A program made the position numbers and the translations under genes. A stretch of DNA of 47,216 bases from Bacteroidota bacterium (GTDB taxonomy: Bacteria > Bacteroidota > Bacteroidia > NS11-12g > UBA955): the NCBI GenBank assembly GCA_027488495.1, contig JAIYBO010000006.1:1-47216 (forward strand), read 5' to 3'. Each line of letters opens with the position of its first letter. The first letter of the stretch is position 1. Under the pieces are notes generated by a model. That model was not told where the DNA came from, did not search any database, and saw nothing but the letters and a program-made list of their open reading frames with translations. Positions 38,274-46,417 of this stretch are shown one piece after another.

Positions 38274-40931
38274 TTGACAAGGCGCTATATAATTTGGCTT
38301 CTGGTCCTGTTTGGCCTCTTTCCTTCGATCGCGACGGGTCAAACAAACTCGCTCGCGAAATTTGTCAATATCCAATACAAAGGCAACCAATTTCAAGCCG
38401 TTTTAGACCAATTTACAGCGCAAACATCCATCCAATTCGCCTATTCAAATGCCATCATTCCATTGCCCAAAATGCACAACGTGCAGTTTCAAAATGTGCG
38501 GGCCGACAAAGCCCTCAAAGACTTTTTGCACCAAAATGGATTGGACTTTGAACTCACCGGGAATACCGCCATTTTAAAACAATGGAGCCCCAAAAACAAC
38601 ATCACACAATACTTCTACACAGGAAGAGTTCTTCAAGACCAAACCGGTGAACGATTGGTAAAGGCCACCGTCAACATACCCGCGCTCAATCGATTTACCC
38701 TCACCGATGAATTTGGCGTTTTTAGAATTGCCATCCCCGAAACCTCAATCTACCAAATCGATACAGTCAGTATCACCATCAACTACCCCGGTTACGATAC
38801 CTATACCGATACTTTTTACAGCAAGCGGAATTATTTCCTCACCGCTGTACTCAAACCCACCATTGAAAGAATTCAACCCACCCTTATCAACGCGAATAAA
38901 AGTGCGAGTCGTTTGGCAGTGGTTCAAGGACAATCAGACCAATTCCTCATTTCTTCTACCCGATTGCAGCAAATGCCAGCACTTTTAGGCGAAGCCGATG
39001 TGATGCGTGCGCTGAGCTTAACACCCGGCGTAGTGAGCGGTTCTGAAGGCATGTTGGGGATGTACGTGCGCGGCGGCGCAGCGGATCAAAATTTGGTTCT
39101 ACTCGATGATGTTCCCGTATTCAATGCCTATCACCTCTATGGTATTTTTGGCGTTTTCAACGGCGATATCATCAAAAGCGCACAAATGAATCGCGGAAGC
39201 TTCTCCCCTGAATATGGTGGTCGCCTCAGCAGTGTGATTTCTGTTCAATCCATAGATGGCAATGAGAATCAATGGTCTGGTAATGCCAACCTCGGTGCGC
39301 TCACAAGCAAAATCGCCTTCCAAGGACCGCTTTGGAAAAAAAGAACCACCGTGGCCTTTGCCTTCAGACGATCCAATTTCGACTTTCTCACCCAAACCAT
39401 CACAAACGCCGTATTTGAAGACAGCAACAACATCAATCGCTATAACTTCTGGGATGCCAACGCCAAAATCAATCATCGTTTCAGCGAAAAAAGTAGCCTG
39501 TCGCTCACCGCATATGCCGGAGGGGATCGCGCATCCTTCGTGGATCGAAGATTTCTGGAAGTGGATGAAGTAAATTTTTATCAAAAAAAGGAACAAGGCA
39601 ACAACTGGGGAAATAAAGTAGCCAGCATCCGATGGCAGTATCTTTTCAATAAAAACGTACGATTTACCGCCAAATCACACATCACCGATTACACCTTTAC
39701 ACAACACAACGATTATCAATATCGCATTCGCAGTGAAGCCAACCCTGAAAAAAATAAAGACAACTATACCAATTATAGCCTAACCAACGGACTTCGCGAT
39801 GTATCCGCCGATGCCAAAATCGATGTCCAAGCCAACAAATATGTGGCATTCAAATTGGGTGCAGGATACATCCAACACACCTTCACCCCAGGCGATCGAT
39901 CTCTCAATACCCGCATCGATTCCATCAATCGAAATTACCAATTCAACGACAAAAAAATCATCACGCCGGAATTGTTCTCATTTGCAAATTTAGAATTTCA
40001 CCATCCCAAATGGGGTTACCTTGATCTCGGTTCTCGCCTGTCTTATTTCGGTTTGGAAGACAAACAGTTCTACATCCGTCCAGAACCCCGTATCAATTAC
40101 AGATATAAAATCACCCCAAAATGGTGGGCAAAAGCCTCCGCCGCCCAAAATGTGCAATTTTACCACCAGCTGAACAACCTTTCAATGGGTCTGCCCTCAG
40201 ACCTCTGGGTGCCATCCAATGCGCAATTTGAACCCTCTCAATCCAAACAAATCTCCTTGGGCACCACTTACACACAAAATAAGTATCAATGGAGCTTGGA
40301 GTACTTTAAAAAATCATTCTCTAACCTGCTTGAATATCGCGATAACTCCGTTTATGTAACCAACGCATTGAATTGGGAAAAAACGGTCACTCAAGGAATC
40401 GGCTCGTCGCAGGGATTGGAATGCATGGTCGAAAAACGAAGTGGCAAATGGACCGGTTGGGCCAGCTACTCACTCATGTACAACACACGAACTTTCCCCG
40501 ACTTAAATCAAGGATATACTTTTCCATCTCGATACGATCGAAGACACAATCTGTATATCGTAGGTATATATAAATTTTCACCGAAACTCACCTTCAGTGG
40601 CAGTTGGACATTCAACTCTGGATTCGCATACACGCTGCCCATCGGGATCTATCCAGCACCAACCACTGAAGACCCCTATGCAGAAATTTTCATTTACGGG
40701 AACCGAAACAATGCCAGAGCGCGCGACAATCATCGCCTCGACATCAACGCACAATACACAATCAAACACAACAAGTTTCAAGAAAACTGGTCGTTCGGCG
40801 TTTATAATTTATATAACCGACAGAACCCATTCTTCATCTCGGTTGAACACAATACACAAGGTGAACGCCGCTTAACCCAACTGTCGTTGTTGCCCATTTT
40901 ACCCCATCTGAATTACCAAATTTCGTTTTGA
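38274..40931 (+). CDS. TonB-dependent transducer-type receptor (STN domain, carboxypeptidase-regulatory-like domain, plug and barrel)
   Basis: A TTG start is needed to give signal peptide MTRRYIIWLLVLFGLFPSIATGQ. STN-like FQAVLDQFTAQTSIQFAYSN...ADKALKDFLHQNGLDFELTGNTAILKQ, then YTGRVLQDQTGERLVKATVNI. The plug LLGEADVMRALSLTPGVVSGSEGMLGMYVRGGAADQNLVLLDDVPVFN is paralogous to 13820-16231. The protein ends LNYQISF. Confidence 0.8.
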   Translation: MTRRYIIWLLVLFGLFPSIATGQTNSLAKFVNIQYKGNQFQAVLDQFTAQTSIQFAYSNAIIPLPKMHNVQFQNVRADKALKDFLHQNGLDFELTGNTAILKQWSPKNNITQYFYTGRVLQDQTGERLVKATVNIPALNRFTLTDEFGVFRIAIPETSIYQIDTVSITINYPGYDTYTDTFYSKRNYFLTAVLKPTIERIQPTLINANKSASRLAVVQGQSDQFLISSTRLQQMPALLGEADVMRALSLTPGVVSGSEGMLGMYVRGGAADQNLVLLDDVPVFNAYHLYGIFGVFNGDIIKSAQMNRGSFSPEYGGRLSSVISVQSIDGNENQWSGNANLGALTSKIAFQGPLWKKRTTVAFAFRRSNFDFLTQTITNAVFEDSNNINRYNFWDANAKINHRFSEKSSLSLTAYAGGDRASFVDRRFLEVDEVNFYQKKEQGNNWGNKVASIRWQYLFNKNVRFTAKSHITDYTFTQHNDYQYRIRSEANPEKNKDNYTNYSLTNGLRDVSADAKIDVQANKYVAFKLGAGYIQHTFTPGDRSLNTRIDSINRNYQFNDKKIITPELFSFANLEFHHPKWGYLDLGSRLSYFGLEDKQFYIRPEPRINYRYKITPKWWAKASAAQNVQFYHQLNNLSMGLPSDLWVPSNAQFEPSQSKQISLGTTYTQNKYQWSLEYFKKSFSNLLEYRDNSVYVTNALNWEKTVTQGIGSSQGLECMVEKRSGKWTGWASYSLMYNTRTFPDLNQGYTFPSRYDRRHNLYIVGIYKFSPKLTFSGSWTFNSGFAYTLPIGIYPAPTTEDPYAEIFIYGNRNNARARDNHRLDINAQYTIKHNKFQENWSFGVYNLYNRQNPFFISVEHNTQGERRLTQLSLLPILPHLNYQISF

Positions 40932-41908
40932 TCCGTTGGCAAAATCATATCACCCAAATTCTCCAACAATGCCCTAAGCAGTTGGCCAAACGGCTATGTG
41001 CAACCCAAATTCACGCATTGATTTTTTGTTTTACGATCATGGGTTTTAGCAGTTGCAGCAGAGAGATTTTGGTACCGATTCAAGATAACACCGCTACCGG
41101 ACCTGTGATCCAATGCATCCTCAATACAGATTCTGCACAAACCTTGCTTTATTCCAAAGTTGTAAAGATCGATGAAAACTTTGCACCCATTTCTGATGCA
41201 AACATCGACCTCGTGATTCACAAGAAAACCAGATTTCCATTCAGCTCCAACCAACCGGGCGTTTATCAAATTGCCCCCTGTAAATTGGCTCCGCGCGATA
41301 GTTTTTCGGTCTTTTTCATTTCTCCAACCGATACCTTTTCGGTCACCGATGCCATGCCATCTTCAATTGAATTCACAAAAACTGACACATTCACTCAAGC
41401 CATTGCCGGAATAGGTTCTACACAAAATTTCATGATCCAAATCAAAGACAGTGCAATCGATGAGAATTATTATAAAATCAGCGCCAAACGAGAAGTAAAA
41501 AAATACATTTTTAACAATGCCAATCAACTCACAGATAGCTCTATTACATGGGAACCATTGAAAATTGATGGCAACGAAATTCCCTTTCAACGGAACAATT
41601 ATAACAATTACACCGATTACGAAATCCTATTTTCCGATGAAACTTTCAACGGTGTTTTGTCTTCGCTAGAATTTTACAATCTATTGCCCTTCTCTAACTC
41701 CAAATCAGAAAAAACCCTGTCGGTAACCATCACTTTAGACAACCTCACAAAAGCACTGTTTGATTACTATAACTCCCGAGCTGCTCACCTTTGGAACCAA
41801 AAATCCATCACCCAATTACCCGGTCCCATTCAAAGCAATATCCCAAAAGGTTATGGTGTTATCGGTGGTAAAACGCAGGTTTCTTGGACCATCAAATATC
41901 CAAACTAA
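40928..41908 (+). CDS. DUF4249-like lipoprotein (second copy)
   Basis: The maximal ORF starts at TTG 40928 (TTGA overlap with the receptor stop). TTG 40982 would give MAKRLCATQIHALIFCFTIMGFSSC, a proper lipoprotein signal. The C-terminal LPGPIQSNIPKGYGVIGGKTQ is DUF4249-like. Confidence 0.6.
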   Translation: MIRWQNHITQILQQCPKQLAKRLCATQIHALIFCFTIMGFSSCSREILVPIQDNTATGPVIQCILNTDSAQTLLYSKVVKIDENFAPISDANIDLVIHKKTRFPFSSNQPGVYQIAPCKLAPRDSFSVFFISPTDTFSVTDAMPSSIEFTKTDTFTQAIAGIGSTQNFMIQIKDSAIDENYYKISAKREVKKYIFNNANQLTDSSITWEPLKIDGNEIPFQRNNYNNYTDYEILFSDETFNGVLSSLEFYNLLPFSNSKSEKTLSVTITLDNLTKALFDYYNSRAAHLWNQKSITQLPGPIQSNIPKGYGVIGGKTQVSWTIKYPN

Positions 41909-41916
41909 ACACTCAC

Positions 41917-42564
41917 TTAATTCAATCTGAAATGCGCAGTGATGACCGTTGGCGCTCGCAAAATCAAAGCTGGATTGAACCCCATTTTTAGTATACCTTG
42001 GGTTTCCATACTCAACGATATGACTTCGTTTGCCTGATACTCAATACCCCAATGCAATTGGGCAACCAGATTTTGATCTGATGAAAAAAAGAAATTTTGA
42101 TTATCAGGATCTTCAAAAAATTCAAACCCCAAACCACCCCCATACATGTATTTCCAACGACCTTTCAATTGTTTTCGCTTATCATAATCCACCCGAACGG
42201 CAAACCATTGCAATTCATTCAAATCAGACAAGTTCATTCCCATAGAATATCTCCAACCCTTACCCCAATTGTATTTTCGGTAAGTCATGACATACATATT
42301 CTGCTGTAACGAAATGGCGTTGAAAGGCAAAATTTGTTGTAGTAAATAAGATGTGTTGAAACCAATATATCTCGCCTTAGCATTTTCATCGAACTTTATC
42401 GTTTGAGACGAATTACTAGCCCCTTGCCCAATATTACGCGGAATAACTTTAATGGTTTCAACGGGCGGGGTAGTATCCATTAAACACCCAGGAACATCGG
42501 CGTGTGCAACCAAAGACCCAATAAAGACCATTAAACAAACAGACAATAAAAAAACCTGTTTCAT
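41917..42564 (-). CDS. Hypothetical small outer-membrane beta-barrel protein (paralogue 2)
   Basis: Signal peptide MKQVFLLSVCLMVFIGSLVAHA. MTYRKYNWGKGWRYSMGMN and GGGLGFEFF align with blocks of the upstream gene, and strands show alternating polarity. Confidence 0.5.
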   Translation of the reverse strand: MKQVFLLSVCLMVFIGSLVAHADVPGCLMDTTPPVETIKVIPRNIGQGASNSSQTIKFDENAKARYIGFNTSYLLQQILPFNAISLQQNMYVMTYRKYNWGKGWRYSMGMNLSDLNELQWFAVRVDYDKRKQLKGRWKYMYGGGLGFEFFEDPDNQNFFFSSDQNLVAQLHWGIEYQANEVISLSMETQGILKMGFNPALILRAPTVITAHFRLN

Positions 42565-42566
42565 CT

Positions 42567-43244
42567 TTAAAATCTTACACTCAAAAACAAAGCCACTGGA
42601 ACCAATGGTAATACACTGAACACATTTTTATTCTCCAAGGATGTGACATTCTGATTCACTATAAATTCTCGCTTGGTATTGATATACTGACCGTATAAAA
42701 TACTTTCAGTATACACAGTAATTCGATTTTTAAACTGCCATGCGATACCTCCAAAACCTCCAAAACCTCCACCAAAATCTTGAGCCAATGTCTTCATTTC
42801 TATTGGCAAGCCCATGTCGTTGAATTGTTGAGACACAGCGTTGTTCTGGCGCCAAATGCCTCTGGCATCCAAACCCCAATAACAATAAATACCCAAACCC
42901 AAATCTTGTCTCCACTCCCTACCCAAAACCAAAGAGGCTGAATTCTCTTCGCTCGTTCTATTCGCTCCGAATGAAAAATCCTCCGTTTTTCTTCTGAATC
43001 CATTGATGCCCATTCGCCAAGCGGTTTGATTCGCAATGTTCACCTTTCGCACCATCATCAAATAAGGGTCATCATTCAAATTTCGCGTCACATTACCCGA
43101 GAATCGCGACAGCGCCAAAGTAACATTGTTGGTGATCTCCCAACCCTTTAAACTGTCATTCAACGTTACTCGTGTTCCCAAGGTTTGTGCCTCCATTGTC
43201 GGAAACACAATCAAACACATACTAAGAATCAACCCTTTAATCAT
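42567..43244 (-). CDS. Hypothetical small outer-membrane beta-barrel protein (paralogue 1)
   Basis: The ATG at 43244 gives MIKGLILSMCLIVFPTMEAQ. It contains MVRKVNIANQTAWRMGINGF and FGGGFGGFGGIAWQF and ends LFLSVRF (aromatic C-terminus). The 43304 start would overlap the upstream gene by 50 nt. Confidence 0.5.
   Translation of the reverse strand: MIKGLILSMCLIVFPTMEAQTLGTRVTLNDSLKGWEITNNVTLALSRFSGNVTRNLNDDPYLMMVRKVNIANQTAWRMGINGFRRKTEDFSFGANRTSEENSASLVLGREWRQDLGLGIYCYWGLDARGIWRQNNAVSQQFNDMGLPIEMKTLAQDFGGGFGGFGGIAWQFKNRITVYTESILYGQYINTKREFIVNQNVTSLENKNVFSVLPLVPVALFLSVRF
42748..42777. repeat. Imperfect 9-bp tandem repeat (cctccaaaa x2, plus a variant with a 3-nt insertion)
   Basis: cctccaaaa at 42748-42756 and 42757-42765, then cctccaccaaaa at 42766-42777. 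It encodes FGGGFGGFGG on the minus strand, and the units are in frame. Confidence 0.6.
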
Positions 43245-43254
43245 TGCTTTTTTA

Positions 43255-44562
43255 TTAATCTTCTTCCGGTAAAAGACGCAGCTCAAGCTCTTCAAGCCTC
43301 GCACCCTTCAATGTTTTTATGAGAAATTCAAATTGCTCATGATGAATGATCTCACCCACAGTGGGAATCCGCTCCGAACAAAAGATCACGTAACCACCCA
43401 ATGTTGTATAATCACCATCTGGAATGTTCAACCCATATTGCTCATTCAAATAATCCACCTCCAAACGCGCACTGAACAAATAATGATTTTCGCTCAGAAC
43501 CGTTTCAACCTTATCATCAACATCAAACTCGTCCTCAATTTCACCCACAATCTCCTCCAATACATCCTCCACACTCACCATCCCCGCGGTTCCGCCAAAT
43601 TCATCCACTACAATGGCAATGCTCTTCTTCTCCTGAATAAAACTGCGCAACATATCGTGGGCTTGTAAACTCTCATTCACTATCAACACAGTTCTGATTA
43701 CATCTTGGATGCGCTTGGGACTGTGAAACAAATCACTGTGATGTACAAATCCAATGATGTGATCAATGGTGTCTTTGTAAATCAGAATTTTCGAATGTGC
43801 GGTCTCAACAAATCGCTCGCGCAAACTCTCCACCGATTCATTCACTTCCAATCCAACCAACTCCGTGCGATGCACCATGAAATCTTTCACCTTCGCATCG
43901 CTGAAATCCAAGGCATTCCGAAACACCTCCGTATCAATCTCAATGGCCTCGCCACCATGAGTTGCATTCTCCAATGAAGCGATATAATTGTCCAAATCAA
44001 CCTTAGAAAAAACAGGGGTGTTTTCTGAAATCTTGGTCTTGGTAAAAACCCTCAATAGAAAAGCAGAAATGCCCTTAACCACACCAATCAGTGGCCACAT
44101 CACCACGTGAGCCATCCGAAAAATTCCAATCAACCCGAAAATTACCTTGTCTGCATACATTTTAAAGAATGTCTTCGGAAGGTACTCGGCAACCACCAAA
44201 ACAATCATTGTACTGCTCAATGTAATCATCAGAAATTTTACCCACTCATTCTCCATCCAAGATACCCCAGCAAAAGAATCGTCAAGAATCTCCCCCATGT
44301 AAATACCATAAATCACCAACCCCAAATTGTTTCCCACCAAAACCGTACTGATAAAATCACTCGGATTCTTCACATACTTGGAGAGCCATTTGCCACCGCC
44401 CATATTTTCCTTACTGCGCAACTCTATCCTCAAACGAGATGCCGACAAAAATGCAATCTCCATACCCGAGAAAAAGGCAATCACCACCATACACAATGCC
44501 ACAATCAACCAAGTGTTTGCACCCACTACCAATAATCCCAATGCCGAAGGAGGTTCTATCAT
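43255..44562 (-). CDS. CNNM/CorC-type hemolysin-family membrane protein (DUF21 TM domain, CBS pair and CorC_HlyC; GldE-like)
   Basis: The ATG at 44562 gives MIEPPSALGLLVVG.... Also present: FFSGMEIAFLSASRLRIEL (DUF21), CBS region VKDFMVHRTELVGLE...IAIVVDEFGGTAGMVSVEDVLEEIVGEIEDE, and a C-terminal transporter-associated domain. A -7 box sits 7 nt upstream of this ATG. Confidence 0.8.
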   Translation of the reverse strand: MIEPPSALGLLVVGANTWLIVALCMVVIAFFSGMEIAFLSASRLRIELRSKENMGGGKWLSKYVKNPSDFISTVLVGNNLGLVIYGIYMGEILDDSFAGVSWMENEWVKFLMITLSSTMIVLVVAEYLPKTFFKMYADKVIFGLIGIFRMAHVVMWPLIGVVKGISAFLLRVFTKTKISENTPVFSKVDLDNYIASLENATHGGEAIEIDTEVFRNALDFSDAKVKDFMVHRTELVGLEVNESVESLRERFVETAHSKILIYKDTIDHIIGFVHHSDLFHSPKRIQDVIRTVLIVNESLQAHDMLRSFIQEKKSIAIVVDEFGGTAGMVSVEDVLEEIVGEIEDEFDVDDKVETVLSENHYLFSARLEVDYLNEQYGLNIPDGDYTTLGGYVIFCSERIPTVGEIIHHEQFEFLIKTLKGARLEELELRLLPEED

Positions 44563-44569
44563 ACTATCA

Positions 44570-44577
44570 CAAAGATA
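44570..44577 (-). promoter_or_regulatory. Bacteroidota -7 box (TATCTTTG on the minus strand)
   Basis: The plus strand reads caaagata. There are 7 nt between the motif and the ATG at 44562. Confidence 0.45.
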
Positions 44578-44633
44578 CCATCGAAAATATGGCAAAAATC
44601 GCAACAACCAAATTTCGTGTTGCACATAGCGCG

Positions 44634-44641
44634 TATCTTTG
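44634..44641 (+). promoter_or_regulatory. Bacteroidota -7 box (TATCTTTG)
   Basis: Exact TAnnTTTG match with only 4 nt between the motif and the purK ATG at 44646. Confidence 0.45.
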
Positions 44642-44645
44642 TATC

Positions 44646-45785
44646 ATGATTCGTGTTGGTATCATCGGAGGCGGACAATTGGGCATGATGACCATTGAGG
44701 CCAAATACCCCTGTTTGCCAGTTGAATTTACCGTTTTGGAACAGTCGAAAGACTGTCCCGCTGGCCCCATCGCCCAAACTGTGATCGAAGGAAGCCTACA
44801 AAGCAATGACGACATCCGCCAGCTCGCCGCCCAATCTGATGTCATAACCTGGGAGATTGAACACATCAATGTGGATACGCTCATCGCCCTTGAAAAAGAA
44901 GGGAAAACCGTTATCCCTAAACCCTCCGTGCTGAAAACCATTCAAGACAAAGGCGTTCAAAAGCAATTCTTTACCCAACACAATATTCCAACCGCGCCCT
45001 ATGTTCTCTGCAACTCAGAAGACATCAACGCAGAATTACTCCAAGCATTTCCAGGCGATAAAGTTGTACTTAAAACCAGAACCGGCGGATATGATGGCAA
45101 AGGCGTTTGTATCATCAACAAATCGCAACTGCCACAAGAATCGCCCTTCTCCGGCCCAGTACTCATAGAATCTTTCATCCCTGATGCCCTCGAAATTGCC
45201 GTCATCGTAGCCATCGCTCAAGACGGATCCCACGCCGTTTACCCGGCCATCGAGATGTATTTCAACCCCCAAAGCAACCTGGTGGAATTCCTATTTTCCC
45301 CAGCCCGCTTAACCAAAGACATCGAACAAAAAATTCAAGCCATAGGCCTGAACTGTGTAGAAAAACTCAACTCCCCAGGCTTGTTTGCCGTTGAATTATT
45401 CCTCACCAACAACCAAGATATCCTGGTCAATGAGATTGCACCAAGACCCCATAACAGCGGTCACCACACCATTGAAGGTTGTCACTGCTCTCAATTTGAA
45501 CAATTCCTGAGAATTCTAGCCGGTGCCCCGCTCGGCAACCCCCAACTCATCCAACCCGCGGCCATGATCAATATCGTAGGCCCCGCCAACCTCTCTGGCC
45601 CCTATAAACTGCTCAATGAAAACCAACTCACCCAAAATGGCGACGTTTTCATTCACATGTACCGAAAAGCAGAATCCAGACCCAATAGAAAATTGGGCCA
45701 CGCAACCATCATCGCAAACTCTCTCGATGAACTTCTAGAAAAAGCGCAAATCCTTCAGCACAACCTAACCATTGTGGCCAACTGA
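44646..45785 (+). CDS. purK: 5-(carboxyamino)imidazole ribonucleotide synthase
   Basis: The internal ATG at 44646 gives MIRVGIIGGGQLGMM. ATP-grasp blocks VLKTRTGGYDGKGV and NEIAPRPHNSGHHTIEG are present. The 44439 extension is antisense to the neighbouring gene and unrelated to PurK. Confidence 0.9.
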   Translation: MIRVGIIGGGQLGMMTIEAKYPCLPVEFTVLEQSKDCPAGPIAQTVIEGSLQSNDDIRQLAAQSDVITWEIEHINVDTLIALEKEGKTVIPKPSVLKTIQDKGVQKQFFTQHNIPTAPYVLCNSEDINAELLQAFPGDKVVLKTRTGGYDGKGVCIINKSQLPQESPFSGPVLIESFIPDALEIAVIVAIAQDGSHAVYPAIEMYFNPQSNLVEFLFSPARLTKDIEQKIQAIGLNCVEKLNSPGLFAVELFLTNNQDILVNEIAPRPHNSGHHTIEGCHCSQFEQFLRILAGAPLGNPQLIQPAAMINIVGPANLSGPYKLLNENQLTQNGDVFIHMYRKAESRPNRKLGHATIIANSLDELLEKAQILQHNLTIVAN

Positions 45786-45802
45786 ATAAATCACAAAACC
45801 CG

Positions 45803-46363
45803 TTAAACGGTCAAAATCTCTTTCTCCTTGCCCTCAAACAACTCGTCGGTTTTCTTGATGTACCCATCAATCAACTTCTGAACACGCTCTTCCCCAACCT
45901 TCGCATCGTCTTCACTCAATCCGTCCTTCTGCAATTTTTTGATCCGCTCGTTCGCATCCTTGCGATAATTCCGGATACCAATTTTCGAATTCTCAGCCTC
46001 CGCCTTCGCACGCTTCACCAACTCCTTCCTGCGCTCCTCCGTTACCGGTGGAATGCTAATACGTATCATCTCCCCATCATTCTGTGGCGCAAAACCCAAA
46101 TTTGAATTGATGATCGCCGTTTCAATCGGACGGATTAATCCCTTGTCCCAAGGCTGAATTGCCAAAGTTCTGCTATCAGGCGTGTTTACGTTCGCCACTT
46201 GAGCCAATGGCGTCAATGCACCATAATATTCAACCATTACACTCTCCAACATCGCCGGACTCGCCTTCCCCGCACGTATGCGAGAAAACTCCGTGGCCGT
46301 ATGCTGTAAGTTCTTTTCTAGCTGCTCCTGCAACTGATCAATCACATCATTCAAAGTGCTCAT
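45803..46363 (-). CDS. frr: Ribosome recycling factor
   Basis: 186 aa, with FSRIRAGKASPAMLESVMVEYYG and PPVTEERRKELVKRAK. Confidence 0.95.
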   Translation of the reverse strand: MSTLNDVIDQLQEQLEKNLQHTATEFSRIRAGKASPAMLESVMVEYYGALTPLAQVANVNTPDSRTLAIQPWDKGLIRPIETAIINSNLGFAPQNDGEMIRISIPPVTEERRKELVKRAKAEAENSKIGIRNYRKDANERIKKLQKDGLSEDDAKVGEERVQKLIDGYIKKTDELFEGKEKEILTV

Positions 46364-46417
46364 ATCAATTTATTTAGCGAATTTACTATTAATTTATCTC
46401 CTTTTCCAACCCCCCAA

